Below, piece after piece: positions 1 to 9,984 of a stretch of DNA of 61,102 nt (position 1 is the stretch's first letter; every line of letters starts with the position of its first letter). The position numbers and the translations under genes were made by a program. This stretch comes from a virus (taxonomy: Duplodnaviria; Caudoviricetes), in IMG/VR virus record IMGVR_UViG_3300032893_000047, positions 1 through 61,102 of that record; one strand, 5' to 3'. The notes beneath the pieces were generated by a model. The model was not told the origin of the DNA. It ran no database searches and saw only the letters and a list, made by a program, of their open reading frames with translations.

Positions 1-127
1 TCTTGAAATATTTTCCGAAGATATTTCTACAATAGTTCAAGGAGATGCAGAAAATATAATTGTAAGCGACAAATTTCAAACCACAAAAGGTATTTCAGGC
101 TTTTTAAAATTATTTAAAAAAAACTAT
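1..127. repeat. Terminal direct repeat, identical to 60976-61102; probably assembly overlap of a circular genome
   Basis: Exact 127-nt match with the window end; an ORF reads in frame across the junction. Confidence 0.95.
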
Positions 128-1210
128 CTGAAAATGATTTATAAGGGTATAGGGAATTATATTTCAATGCCTGGAACTAAATTATCTGATCCCTTGACTT
201 TACCAAATGATAGTGGAAGACAATGTTGTTTTAGTGATGATGGCGTTTATTTTGCAGTAACTACTCAATCGACGCCTTATCTTATTATATATAAAATATC
301 AGGAGATACTTTTACGGCACTTACTAATCCAGTGACATTGCCTGCAGGCGTTGCGTATGGATGTTGTTTTAGTCCTGATGGAATATATCTTGCGATTGCG
401 CACGCATCTTCACCATATATTACGATTTACAAAAGAACGGGAGATACTTTTACAAAATTATCTGATCCCGGCATTTTACCTGCAAGCGACGGAAGAGGAT
501 GTTGTTTTAGTCCTGATGGAACATATCTTGTAGTAGGTCATCAGAACTCACCATACATTACGATTTATAAAAGATCGGGAGATACTTTCACAAAATTAAC
601 AAATCCCGTTAATTTGCCTACTGGAGAAGGACATACGCCAGTATTTAGTTATGATATGAATTATCTTGCGATTGCGCACGCATCTTCACCATATATTACG
701 ATTTACAAAAGGTCTGCAGACACTTTTACCAAATTATCTAACCCGGGAACATTGCCTGCCAATGATTCATACGGAGCATCATTTAGTTATGATGGAATAT
801 ATCTTGCAGTTACAAATCTAACCACGTCACCATACATTACGATTTATAAAAGATCAGGAGATACTTTCACGAAACTTCCTGATCCAGCGGTACTTCCACC
901 GGGCAGCCCAGAATTTTGTTCATTTAGTTATGATGGTAATTATTTATCTATTTCTCATGATGTATCTCCTTACGTTACGATTTATAAAAGAACGGGAGAT
1001 ACTTTCACAAAGATAGCAAATCCCAGCATCTTGCCGAATGGTACTTCTCACGGATGTAAATTCAGTAGATTTGGAATGTATCTTGCAGTAAATAGTTTAA
1101 GTACACCTTTTGTTACTATATACAAAAATATGTTATCCGCTAATAAAATGTGGATTATTGAAGATTTAAAAACTTCTTATCCAGATGATATGCAATACCT
1201 ATTTAATTAG
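2..1210 (+). CDS. Tail fibre/receptor-binding protein, C-terminal WD40-like beta-propeller of about 7 blades
   Basis: About 44-aa repeats PYITIYKRxGDTFTKLxxPxxLP...CxFSxDGxYLA; continuation of the ORF starting at 60551. Confidence 0.8.
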   Translation, partial: LEIFSEDISTIVQGDAENIIVSDKFQTTKGISGFLKLFKKNYLKMIYKGIGNYISMPGTKLSDPLTLPNDSGRQCCFSDDGVYFAVTTQSTPYLIIYKISGDTFTALTNPVTLPAGVAYGCCFSPDGIYLAIAHASSPYITIYKRTGDTFTKLSDPGILPASDGRGCCFSPDGTYLVVGHQNSPYITIYKRSGDTFTKLTNPVNLPTGEGHTPVFSYDMNYLAIAHASSPYITIYKRSADTFTKLSNPGTLPANDSYGASFSYDGIYLAVTNLTTSPYITIYKRSGDTFTKLPDPAVLPPGSPEFCSFSYDGNYLSISHDVSPYVTIYKRTGDTFTKIANPSILPNGTSHGCKFSRFGMYLAVNSLSTPFVTIYKNMLSANKMWIIEDLKTSYPDDMQYLFN

Positions 1211-1444
1211 GAGGAAAATTGAAAACGGAATCATCTATTGAAATAAACAATTGATTATCTTTCAGAATTATATCAAGTTTTTCTGAATTACTGACTAATG
1301 GTAAATATGATTTGTCTTGATATATGATAGATGAAAAGGAATAAGGATCACATATTGGAAACTAATATTTTGTTTTTTTGACATTACATAAGATGTATCA
1401 AAAAAATTATAAATATGCACAATATTGGATAAGGAGTAAAAACC

Positions 1445-1597
1445 ATGAAATGGAACGATACAGAATATTTGCCCGGTCAAGCATTAGTTCAAGACGCCGG
1501 ATATGTTCATCAAAACATACAACCTAATAGGGATTATTTTATGGAAGCGAAGCCTGGATATACGCCTTATACGTATCCGCATCCATTGGTAACATGA
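1445..1597 (+). CDS. Small protein (50 aa) ending in a PGYTPYTYPHPL motif
   Basis: AAGGAG RBS, ATG at 1445, TGA at 1595-1597; below the ORF-track cutoff. Confidence 0.5.
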   Translation: MKWNDTEYLPGQALVQDAGYVHQNIQPNRDYFMEAKPGYTPYTYPHPLVT

Positions 1598-1758
1598 GAA
1601 AAAAAGGGAAAAAAATCGAAAGAGATTATAATATGAGAATAAAAAAAATATTAAAAACATGTAAATTGTGTGGTAAAGAATTTTACGGGGAAAATGATAA
1701 TGAAAATAAAATATGCTTTCATTGTTATCAAAAATGGAATGCAAGATAGGAGTTAAAT

Positions 1759-2814
1759 ATGGCATTAGCGGATCAGGTACTTGATAGTCGAGTTGAAAAA
1801 ACAACTTATAATGATAATGATATATATCAAATAGGCGATAGCGAAGAATTAGAAAATACTTTCAAAAAAAGTAAAAAGCAAAAGGGAAGTACTCTATCAA
1901 ATGCGGTAATCGCAAAATTCATTGCAAAAACAAATAAAGAAAGTATCGCCGATAACGATATATTTGTTGGCGGAGATAGTGCCTCATCAAATAATCCCGT
2001 AACGTGGTTATGGTCAATGATAAAGAGTACATTGAAAACATATTTCGACACATTATATGGCGGCACCTCAATAAAATCTGCAACGAGTGCTGGTTATACA
2101 ATCCTTGATAATGACAAATATACTGATATATTTTGTGATTCTACTGGGGGAGATTGTCCTATCGTAATGCCATTACTTGCGAATAACATACTTAGAAAAA
2201 TAAGGATATTTCATGTTAAAGGTGACGGATCACATAAAGTAACGATTGCTCCAAATGGAACAGATGCAAATAAATTAACTGTCGATGGATTAAATTCTTT
2301 GTATCTTCCTAAAATTGGGAATTATATTTTATTACAGCAAGATTCAATTTCCGGATATTGGATTGTCCTTGATGAAAAAATAACAAGTCAAGCGAGATTT
2401 AATACTCATGCTGGTTATGGTTCTACGGCTACCAAAATACCTTATTTTACCAATCAAGTTGAAAATATAGGTAATATGATGACAGTAACAAATGATAGTA
2501 CCAATGGTTTGCAGGTTACTATCAATCGATCGGGTCGATATTCTGGATTGTATGAAATGGCGAGTGCCACTTCTTCATCAACTTATTCAGGTGTAACATT
2601 AAACAGCACTCAATTAACAACGGCTATTGGTAGTGTAACGATATCCGATTGTATAACTCGATGCCTTATATCTAATGTATCAGGTGGATGGGATCCTGCA
2701 TCATCTCCATTTTCATTATATTTAAAAAAAGGCGATGTAATTAGACCTCATACAAACGGTGACGCACCCGGTAATGCAGGCTTTTGTTTTTTTAATGTAA
2801 CTTATGAAGGATAA
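1759..2814 (+). CDS. Tail fibre-related structural protein
   Basis: S/T/G-rich; YTILDND..IFCDSTGG..I.MP fibre motif; C1q-like C-terminus (YLKKGDVIR); RBS; follows the tail fibre gene. Confidence 0.65.
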   Translation: MALADQVLDSRVEKTTYNDNDIYQIGDSEELENTFKKSKKQKGSTLSNAVIAKFIAKTNKESIADNDIFVGGDSASSNNPVTWLWSMIKSTLKTYFDTLYGGTSIKSATSAGYTILDNDKYTDIFCDSTGGDCPIVMPLLANNILRKIRIFHVKGDGSHKVTIAPNGTDANKLTVDGLNSLYLPKIGNYILLQQDSISGYWIVLDEKITSQARFNTHAGYGSTATKIPYFTNQVENIGNMMTVTNDSTNGLQVTINRSGRYSGLYEMASATSSSTYSGVTLNSTQLTTAIGSVTISDCITRCLISNVSGGWDPASSPFSLYLKKGDVIRPHTNGDAPGNAGFCFFNVTYEG

Positions 2815-2818
2815 ATAA

Positions 2819-3472
2819 ATGTCAAAAAAAATTGAAGATCGACAAGACGACTTATTGGAAGTCAAAGCAGAATTACAACGATTATCGAATTTGGTAAGCG
2901 AAGCCAAAAAAAATCCTGGTTCAAGTATTGAAATGTTTGCAGTCATAAAATCTTTGAAAGATCAAATTTTAACGATGAATGAAATGACAACAACTATCTT
3001 ATCGCAGGCAAATAATAATTATGCGAGAGTTGAACAAAAAGTTGATGATAATAATAAGCGGTTAGATATGTTTCAATCTGAAATTCGAGATTTTACTACT
3101 GCAATAAGTCAACTTTCCATGAGGATAGAATCTAAAGTTATCGAGCAGGATAAAAAAATTGAAAACATAGAAAGTACTGTCGGACATTTTACTGGTGAAC
3201 GGGTTTGTGAAACATCAACAAAAAAATTTTGTGAAGAAATGGAAAAAGAAAAGCCAATGATCGAAACTTTAATTGAAAAAGAAAAAAATAAAAAAAGTGA
3301 TTTAAAAACTATTAAAAATGGATTATTAAAAAATATAGGGGCTTCTTTAGTCGGCGTTGGCATAGCGTTAATAATAATATTATATATTGGTTCCAGCATA
3401 TTTTTTAAGTCACAAATAGATGAAATAAAAAAAATGATACCAATCACAAAAAGTAAATCAGGGACACCATGA
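2819..3472 (+). CDS. Coiled-coil protein with C-terminal transmembrane helix (lysis region)
   Basis: Heptad pattern and hydrophobic segment near the C-terminus. Confidence 0.55.
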   Translation: MSKKIEDRQDDLLEVKAELQRLSNLVSEAKKNPGSSIEMFAVIKSLKDQILTMNEMTTTILSQANNNYARVEQKVDDNNKRLDMFQSEIRDFTTAISQLSMRIESKVIEQDKKIENIESTVGHFTGERVCETSTKKFCEEMEKEKPMIETLIEKEKNKKSDLKTIKNGLLKNIGASLVGVGIALIIILYIGSSIFFKSQIDEIKKMIPITKSKSGTP

Positions 3473-3562
3473 GTACAAAATGCGAGTTAAATTATTTTTT
3501 GAAGATAAATCATAAAATGACAACTTATGTTATTTTAGATAAAAAATTATAAGGAGAAAAAT

Positions 3563-4012
3563 ATGTTATATAACACACAAGGAGACCCCCGATGGGGAAA
3601 TGATGGGATGGGATTGCCTGCCGATCCAATGAGATTATGGGCGTGTCTTATTACTGCCATTGCTAATATCTATGATATTTTACCGGGAGAATTAAATAAA
3701 TGGTTAGTTGAAAATAATGGCTATTATGGGAAAGGATTTCCTGGGAAAGAATCATTTTTGAAATGGGAAATTATTGAAAATCATCTTAATTTCCTTCATT
3801 CTGATTTTTTTGAGATACCAGTTTTTGATGACAAGACTTTTTATATTGTCAGAATTCATCATCGGAAATACGGAACGGAACATTACTGCAATATGCTTGC
3901 AATCGATGATGCTGATCCGACAAAGTTCAAGATATTCGATACTGATTACGGTGATATACTTTCATATGCTACAAATCAAATATTGGGAATTACAAAGATA
4001 AAGAAATTATGA
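3563..4012 (+). CDS. Papain-like (C39-type) cysteine peptidase, putative endolysin
   Basis: Q-x-D-P-R-W start, WACLITAIA catalytic Cys, HYC His, IFDT Asp; lysis-region position. Confidence 0.65.
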   Translation: MLYNTQGDPRWGNDGMGLPADPMRLWACLITAIANIYDILPGELNKWLVENNGYYGKGFPGKESFLKWEIIENHLNFLHSDFFEIPVFDDKTFYIVRIHHRKYGTEHYCNMLAIDDADPTKFKIFDTDYGDILSYATNQILGITKIKKL

Positions 4013-4174
4013 AAATACGTCTTATATTTGAAGATGATACAAAGAAAATAATTCATTTCAACGAAGAGTTTGAAAAGTTCAAAGATGATCTATTCGAACA
4101 GGAACTTAGAAAGTTTTGCAAAGAACAATATGCAAAACAGTTGAAAAATTATATTATTTTGAAAGGAAAATAAA

Positions 4175-4420
4175 ATGAAACAATTTTTTGTTGATGATAC
4201 CGGAAGCCTTTCAATGGGACGGTTGGTAACATTTTTATTATTCCTGATAGCGACATTTATTTTATTTTGGTCATTGTTTAAAAATGAAATTGCTGTAAAT
4301 GGTGATATAATATTCAAACTTTATACGATTTCTTTAGGTGCAAAAACTTTCCAATCATTTGCGGAAAATATAAATAAAAACGGACAAAATCAAGGACAAA
4401 AAAATGATATGCAACGATAA
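4175..4420 (+). CDS. Holin-like small membrane protein
   Basis: Two hydrophobic segments, SLSMGRL motif, lies between two candidate lysins. Confidence 0.55.
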   Translation: MKQFFVDDTGSLSMGRLVTFLLFLIATFILFWSLFKNEIAVNGDIIFKLYTISLGAKTFQSFAENINKNGQNQGQKNDMQR

Positions 4421-4547
4421 GATTGTCCATTTTATAACGATTGTAATAAGTTGAAAAGCGGAGATGAGAAATTAATAATAATGGCAGTTATCCTTATTGT
4501 TTCATCCCGCATTACAATAAAAAAACGAATACGGATGAATGTTGTAA

Positions 4548-5213
4548 TTGGAGGGAAATAAAGTGAAATGGTATCATGTAACAATAATTATATTAAGCGT
4601 TATAGTGATTATTCTTATTACAGGTATATGCTTATCTGTATATTTCGGAAAACAGCAAATAACGACATTAACGAAAAAAATAGATTCCGATCTTTTGAAA
4701 TTCAAAAATTACGATAAGATTATTAACAATAATGACGCATCAATTGATATTCTTAATAAGCAATATAATGAATTAAAAAAACAAAAACAAATAACAATAA
4801 TAGAATATAAGACCTTGACTGATCCGCAAAAAGAAGCGGCGTATCAAACTCTTTTGACACAAAACAATTCATTTGATGCTTTGGTAAAATCTCAAACAAT
4901 CAAATTAGTTGAATTGGAAAAAGAATTAAAAGATTGTAACACTGATTTGAATACTGCTAAAGACGATCTTAAAAAAGCAAACGATAAATTAAAAATTATT
5001 TGGCACCCGAATATAGGATTGTTCTTATCCGAAAGCGCATCTATTGATACCGGACTTAATGCTGAGTTCATAACGAGTTTGAATGTTGATAAATATATTT
5101 GGGACCATTTTTATATCGGCGGAGGATTAAACTTTGATTTACGTCAGGATATAATGAACGATAAAACATATTACGGCAGTGGTGTAAATATAATTATAGG
5201 AGGAGTATTTTGA
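4548..5213 (+). CDS. Membrane-anchored coiled-coil protein, spanin-like
   Basis: N-terminal TM, long coiled coil, beta-strand-like C-terminus ending in Phe. Confidence 0.45.
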   Translation: MEGNKVKWYHVTIIILSVIVIILITGICLSVYFGKQQITTLTKKIDSDLLKFKNYDKIINNNDASIDILNKQYNELKKQKQITIIEYKTLTDPQKEAAYQTLLTQNNSFDALVKSQTIKLVELEKELKDCNTDLNTAKDDLKKANDKLKIIWHPNIGLFLSESASIDTGLNAEFITSLNVDKYIWDHFYIGGGLNFDLRQDIMNDKTYYGSGVNIIIGGVF

Positions 5214-5343
5214 TAACGATAAAAGATATTATTGGATTTTCTGCGATTATAATTATGCTTAAACTTGCAAAAGATAAAATCATAAAACAAGAAAAACTTA
5301 ATAAACAAAATGAGAAAATGAGAAAAAAATATACTGGAGTATA

Positions 5344-5850
5344 ATGAAAACATTATTGATAGAATTATTAATACTATCGATTTTTCTTTTTTCATCTTTT
5401 AGGGTAGTTGAGAATAAGCCATTAACGAGAGAACAATATTATTCCGAGATAACCAGACACCCGGAAATAATCAAAGAAATATTTTTCTATAATCAAAGAT
5501 ATGGGTATGAGCCGGAAATACTGATTGCATTGTGTTACCAGGAAAGCAGATTCAAACAATTTGCCATATGTCACAATAAAAATGGATCAATAGATTGCGG
5601 GCTCTATTCGTTAAACTCATATTATTTTAAAATACCTAATATATTTGATATAAAAGTAAATATTTCAAACGGAATATTTTATTTTGATTATTGTTTTCAA
5701 AAAGGAGGTTCAATTAAATCAGCATTAATGATATACAATTGTGGAAAAATAGATTATAATAAATCAGGTAAATATGTGGATGATATAATTTCATTTGCAA
5801 ATAAATTAAAGATAGGATATTTAAATGCAGGAAATATGGAAAGATATTGA
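5344..5850 (+). CDS. Lytic transglycosylase (SLT) with N-terminal signal/SAR-like segment
   Basis: QESRF catalytic Glu motif, NKNGSIDCGLYSLNS, ALMIYNCG. Confidence 0.85.
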   Translation: MKTLLIELLILSIFLFSSFRVVENKPLTREQYYSEITRHPEIIKEIFFYNQRYGYEPEILIALCYQESRFKQFAICHNKNGSIDCGLYSLNSYYFKIPNIFDIKVNISNGIFYFDYCFQKGGSIKSALMIYNCGKIDYNKSGKYVDDIISFANKLKIGYLNAGNMERY

Positions 5851-6340
5851 AAACTATGAAGGCTTATATAAAATAAGCAATTTTGGAAATATTAAAGCAA
5901 TGCCCAAAAAAGCAGGATTCAACAATCGAAAAGAAAAATTATTAAAATATAAAATTAATCAATTCGGTTATTTAACTATAGGATTATGTAAAAATAGTAA
6001 AAGAAAATGGTTTATGATACATAGGTTAATAGCAAATGCTTTTATTTCGAGTATAAAAAATAAACCACAAGTTAACCATAAAGATGGTAATAAACAAAAT
6101 AATCATATTGATAATTTAGAATGGTGCACTTCAAGCGAAAACTTAAAACATGCTTTTAAAATAGGATTAAGAAATGGTAATGGCGAAAAGCATAGTCAAC
6201 ATAAACTTAAAAATGAAGATATTTTATGGATAAGAAAAAATCATCAAGATTATTCGAGAGAAAATTTATCAAAAAAATATAATATTTCTAAGTCTAATTT
6301 GTGTTTGATTATAAATAATAAAACATGGAATCATATTTAA
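5825..6340 (+). CDS. NUMOD4-HNH homing endonuclease
   Basis: EIWKDIENYEGLYKISNFG; HRLIA...VNHKDGNKQNNHIDNLEW. Confidence 0.9.
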   Translation: MQEIWKDIENYEGLYKISNFGNIKAMPKKAGFNNRKEKLLKYKINQFGYLTIGLCKNSKRKWFMIHRLIANAFISSIKNKPQVNHKDGNKQNNHIDNLEWCTSSENLKHAFKIGLRNGNGEKHSQHKLKNEDILWIRKNHQDYSRENLSKKYNISKSNLCLIINNKTWNHI

Positions 6341-6448
6341 AATGAAAAAGCAGAAAAAAGAGCCGATCAGATAATCCAGACGGCTCTTAGGTTGAAATAC
6401 AATTATGAACGATATAGAAAGACTCATGAAATAGAATATCTAAAATAA
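6341..6448 (+). pseudogene. Orphan duplicate of the SLT C-terminus
   Basis: NEKAEKRADQIIQTALRLKYNY aligns with the SLT tail NKSGKYVDDIISFANKLKIGY; no in-frame start codon at its 5' end. Confidence 0.55.
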
Positions 6449-6774
6449 TCAATATTTCTCCTATGATTTTCCGGGCATGAGATTATATCAAATGTCCGGT
6501 TTTTATTTTTCACTAACATTTACTGTTTTTCAATACAAAAGATATAGTTATTGTATATTTTTAATAGATTTTTTGTTAATATATTGACAATATATTGTAA
6601 ATAACTATACCTCAAAAATGGCTGATTTGCTATAATGCTTATATATCTTAATCACAATCGCCGGACATATCAAAACATATAATTATACGATTATTGAAAA
6701 TTTTATCAATACAATCAATCTATAAACAAATTTTTATTTTATAGGTATTAAGTCGTCTGGTATTTCGATTATCA

Positions 6775-6963
6775 TTATTTACCCCAAAATAAAATCCAAT
6801 CTTTTTTATAATCTTTACAATCTTTATTTTTATTCTTTCGTCTGCAAAAATCAAGAATATAAATTTTATCTCCTTTATAATCATTTTCATTCGTTTTTAT
6901 TCTGCAATTGAAAAGACCTAATTCAGAATAATGTTTACAATATTTGCAATATCTTTCGGTCAT
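6775..6963 (-). CDS. Small Cys-rich protein, paralogue of 23336..23554
   Basis: YCKxCKxY...N.N.DCK.Y pattern shared with 23336..23554. Confidence 0.6.
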   Translation of the reverse strand: MTERYCKYCKHYSELGLFNCRIKTNENDYKGDKIYILDFCRRKNKNKDCKDYKKDWILFWGK

Positions 6964-6971
6964 AAAAACTC

Positions 6972-8135
6972 CTATTCAAATTTAATAAAAAGTAAAAGTG
7001 CGAGACATATACTTGCTAAAAGTTCTATCGCGAAAGACGGCAAAAACAAATATAATGCCAATACCCATCCCGAAAACAATTCATGCTTTTCTTCCTGGAA
7101 TATACCTGAATTATTTGATTCGGTTGTAATCTTTTCATCTCTGGCAGTCTTGATTTCATTATTGATTTGTGAAAGTTGATTGTCAATGCCCTGAAGTATT
7201 TTATATTGTTGCCCCCGTTCATATTTCAATCTCAATTTATCGGAAGTATTATCGCCTTTTTGAGAATCGATGTTTTTGATAAGATTGAATTGAAGGTCTC
7301 TTGATGATTGAATATTATTTTTTTTGGATTGAAGATCGTCGATATTATTTTTAATTTCTGATATTTTGTTTAAATCTTTTTTTGTCTGAATCTTTTCATC
7401 GGAGAAAACATTTTTTGAAAGATAAACATCATATTTGTAATAAAGAATTGTCCCGGTATTATAACAAAAAAGAATGAAATAAATAAAAGCAAATAAAATA
7501 AAAAGTAGATTTTTTTTGATTATAAAAAATATTGTAAACTCAAGACATATTATAGACATAAGAAGAAAAGCGAAGGCGCAAATAAAAGCGTCAATATAAT
7601 CCTTATTGTTAAAATTTTTCATGTTGCCGTAAAACACATATTTGACGCCGATATAAACAAAACATATCCCGACAAATGCTATGATTATCCTAAAAAACTT
7701 AAATAGATTGATATTTATGTTCGGTTGAACTTTTTTTACTTCCTGTTTTTTTTCAGGGATGATAATTTTATCTTCTGGTTGTTCGGGATTCAATTCATCT
7801 TTAATTTCTGGTTGTTCGATTGTTTTTTTTTCTTTCGGTTTTCTTGCGACCTTAACCATAAGATTATCATTAAGTTCCCCAGAATAATATTTATAAATAT
7901 TATTTTCTGTCATTCCGGTAGTTGATAACTGTTTCATGAGTGAAAGTAATTCTTCCTGGGTAAGATGAAATCTATCTTTAAGAATGGTCATCGGCGGGAA
8001 TAAATCTTTTAATACTCTATGACCGGACAAATGATTTTCTTTATATTTATCGGAGATGAATTGAATCAAATCCTTTTTATCATCGAATAAATTTATTTTG
8101 TTTTCTCGGATAGATGCTTGAAAATTATTTATCAT
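6972..8135 (-). CDS. Multi-pass membrane protein with coiled coil
   Basis: 387-aa ORF, three TM + coiled coil + TM. Confidence 0.65.
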   Translation of the reverse strand: MINNFQASIRENKINLFDDKKDLIQFISDKYKENHLSGHRVLKDLFPPMTILKDRFHLTQEELLSLMKQLSTTGMTENNIYKYYSGELNDNLMVKVARKPKEKKTIEQPEIKDELNPEQPEDKIIIPEKKQEVKKVQPNININLFKFFRIIIAFVGICFVYIGVKYVFYGNMKNFNNKDYIDAFICAFAFLLMSIICLEFTIFFIIKKNLLFILFAFIYFILFCYNTGTILYYKYDVYLSKNVFSDEKIQTKKDLNKISEIKNNIDDLQSKKNNIQSSRDLQFNLIKNIDSQKGDNTSDKLRLKYERGQQYKILQGIDNQLSQINNEIKTARDEKITTESNNSGIFQEEKHELFSGWVLALYLFLPSFAIELLASICLALLLFIKFE

Positions 8136-8148
8136 TTAGAAGCCTTTC

Positions 8149-8682
8149 CTAAAAGTCCATGTCCGTTAATTTCCAGATAGCGATAAAGAAAAATACAAAA
8201 AATGTGATAATGATAATTATCCATGTACAAAAAGCGATCCATTCCCACCATAAATAATATTCATTCCCTAAAAAATAACATCCGCTTAATTCATTCAGCA
8301 TTTTTGAAGCCTCACCCTGTTCCTGAGCAGTTATTTGTTGAATTGCTGTTTGATAAGCAAATGAATTTTCATCGATTGTTTGAATTTTTTTCAATCTATC
8401 TGATAAAGATTGTAATGCTTGCATATTTTTTTCAAATGAATTATCTGGAGTCTTTAGCCAAATTGCATTATAATCTGAATGTCGGCTATCTTTCAATTTA
8501 TCAATAAAACTTTGGATATATTTACTTTTTTCGGACAACGTCGAACTTTTATCTGCTAAAGTCCAATTGGAGTAAATGTTATTATTATATTCGTAATCTC
8601 GTTTTACACCTCCTATTATTAGATAAATAGAAAAAATAACACAGATAACACAAATGCCAAATCCTAAAAAAATTCTAATCAT
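8149..8682 (-). CDS. Two-TM membrane protein
   Basis: AGGAG RBS; hydrophobic N- and C-termini. Confidence 0.65.
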   Translation of the reverse strand: MIRIFLGFGICVICVIFSIYLIIGGVKRDYEYNNNIYSNWTLADKSSTLSEKSKYIQSFIDKLKDSRHSDYNAIWLKTPDNSFEKNMQALQSLSDRLKKIQTIDENSFAYQTAIQQITAQEQGEASKMLNELSGCYFLGNEYYLWWEWIAFCTWIIIIITFFVFFFIAIWKLTDMDF

Positions 8683-8708
8683 ATTCTCTCCTTATATTAA
8701 AATAAAAA

Positions 8709-9014
8709 TTATTTATCATTTATACTACCGTCAATTCTTTGAGAAGTTAAATATATATATGAAGATATGAGATAGGTATTTACTGGGTGCCCTTTTTCAG
8801 AAAGTTCATAAATATATTTTACTATATCTTTTATTATAAAATAAATATCTTTGATATAAGTTATATCCAAATTTGATATTGTTTTTCGATATTCAAAATT
8901 CTTAATAAATATTCTTAGAACCAAAAAATTTGAATATTCTAATATTTCATATCTATCAAAAAGATGTTTACAATATGTAAGTTCAGATTTTAAAGCAAAA
9001 ATAAAATTATTCAT
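8709..9014 (-). CDS. Hypothetical protein
   Basis: GGAGG RBS; coupled within the leftward operon. Confidence 0.55.
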   Translation of the reverse strand: MNNFIFALKSELTYCKHLFDRYEILEYSNFLVLRIFIKNFEYRKTISNLDITYIKDIYFIIKDIVKYIYELSEKGHPVNTYLISSYIYLTSQRIDGSINDK

Positions 9015-9192
9015 TCAATCCTCCTTCAATTCCTTTCATGATAATACCGAGAAGCGGGCAATGGGCGGAGGCGCAATAATCATCATTTTTACGGCAATAA
9101 TCTTCTACAACAGTATATCCATCATCAATAGATTCAATTATTCTTATATGTTTACAATAAGTTTTGATTTCTTCAAAAGTTTTTGACATTCC
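9007..9192 (-). CDS. Small Cys-containing hypothetical protein (start at MSKTFEE)
   Basis: GGAGG RBS upstream; overlaps neighbours. Confidence 0.5.
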   Translation of the reverse strand, partial: GMSKTFEEIKTYCKHIRIIESIDDGYTVVEDYCRKNDDYCASAHCPLLGIIMKGIEGGLNE

Positions 9193-9484
9193 TATACGCC
9201 TCCGTAGTTTCATTTGTACCATAATTTATATACGTTGCAGTATAACTATCGGTAATATTTGCATAAAATAAATTTGTGGATTGCGTAAAAACGCTATCAT
9301 AAAATTCAATAGTTTTTAAATCAACATCAAGATACCAATTTAATTGAAACCAACGAATAAAAGGTTTGCCAAAATTAAATTTTTTATTTTTGATAATAAT
9401 AAAGCACGGATTTATTTTTTTAAAAAGAAAAATCATTCTATTTGAGGGGAGATGTTTTTTATAACGCTTATTATAATTCATCAA
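9173..9484 (-). CDS. Hypothetical protein
   Basis: ORF within the leftward operon. Confidence 0.45.
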   Translation of the reverse strand: MMNYNKRYKKHLPSNRMIFLFKKINPCFIIIKNKKFNFGKPFIRWFQLNWYLDVDLKTIEFYDSVFTQSTNLFYANITDSYTATYINYGTNETTEAYRNVKNF

Positions 9485-9486
9485 AG

Positions 9487-9705
9487 TTAGTTTATATCCT
9501 TTAATTTGATAATGTTTCTTATTGTTGTGTTTTCATAACCGTCCATTTCAAAATGTTCCTTCAATTCATCATAATCAACATGTCTGGAAATAAGATGGCA
9601 ACTACTAAGACTATATTTTTTAGATGAAAAATTAATAACATAATTTTTATAACATTCCCGTTTTATTCTATCCAGTGATAATCTATTCATTTTATTTCCT
9701 TTCAA
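9487..9705 (-). CDS. Hypothetical protein, first gene of the leftward operon
   Basis: GAAAGG RBS before the second Met. Confidence 0.5.
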   Translation of the reverse strand: MKGNKMNRLSLDRIKRECYKNYVINFSSKKYSLSSCHLISRHVDYDELKEHFEMDGYENTTIRNIIKLKDIN

Positions 9706-9795
9706 ATTAAATATATCACAAATAAAAAATATTGCAAGAAAAATATTGTATAATTTTAATTTTTATGCTAAATTATATTTTAAGGAGTTTTAAAA

Positions 9796-9984
9796 ATGAA
9801 AACAGAAAATTCAGAAAAATTCACAGGTATTGGTATCTGGAAAGACGATCAGGAAAAGTTGACGAACATGAAGAAGAAATTAGGCTTAAGTCGATCACAA
9901 ACATTTCATGTCATTTTTTCCTATGTTGAAAAGCACCCGGAAATATATCCAGAATTATATAAATTTGTGAAAAAGGAATTATAA
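9796..9984 (+). CDS. Small ribbon-helix-helix/CopG-like DNA-binding protein
   Basis: IGIWKDDQEKLTNMKKKLGLSRSQTF pattern; AAGGAG RBS; divergent from the leftward operon. Confidence 0.55.
   Translation: MKTENSEKFTGIGIWKDDQEKLTNMKKKLGLSRSQTFHVIFSYVEKHPEIYPELYKFVKKEL

Noticed and set aside
1-127. Biological terminal repeat
   Set aside because: 127 nt is a common assembler k-mer length and the repeat falls in the middle of a gene, so it is best read as circular assembly overlap
134-1210. Diversity-generating retroelement target
   Set aside because: No reverse transcriptase and no TR/VR pair with adenine-specific differences; the repeats are in-frame propeller blades
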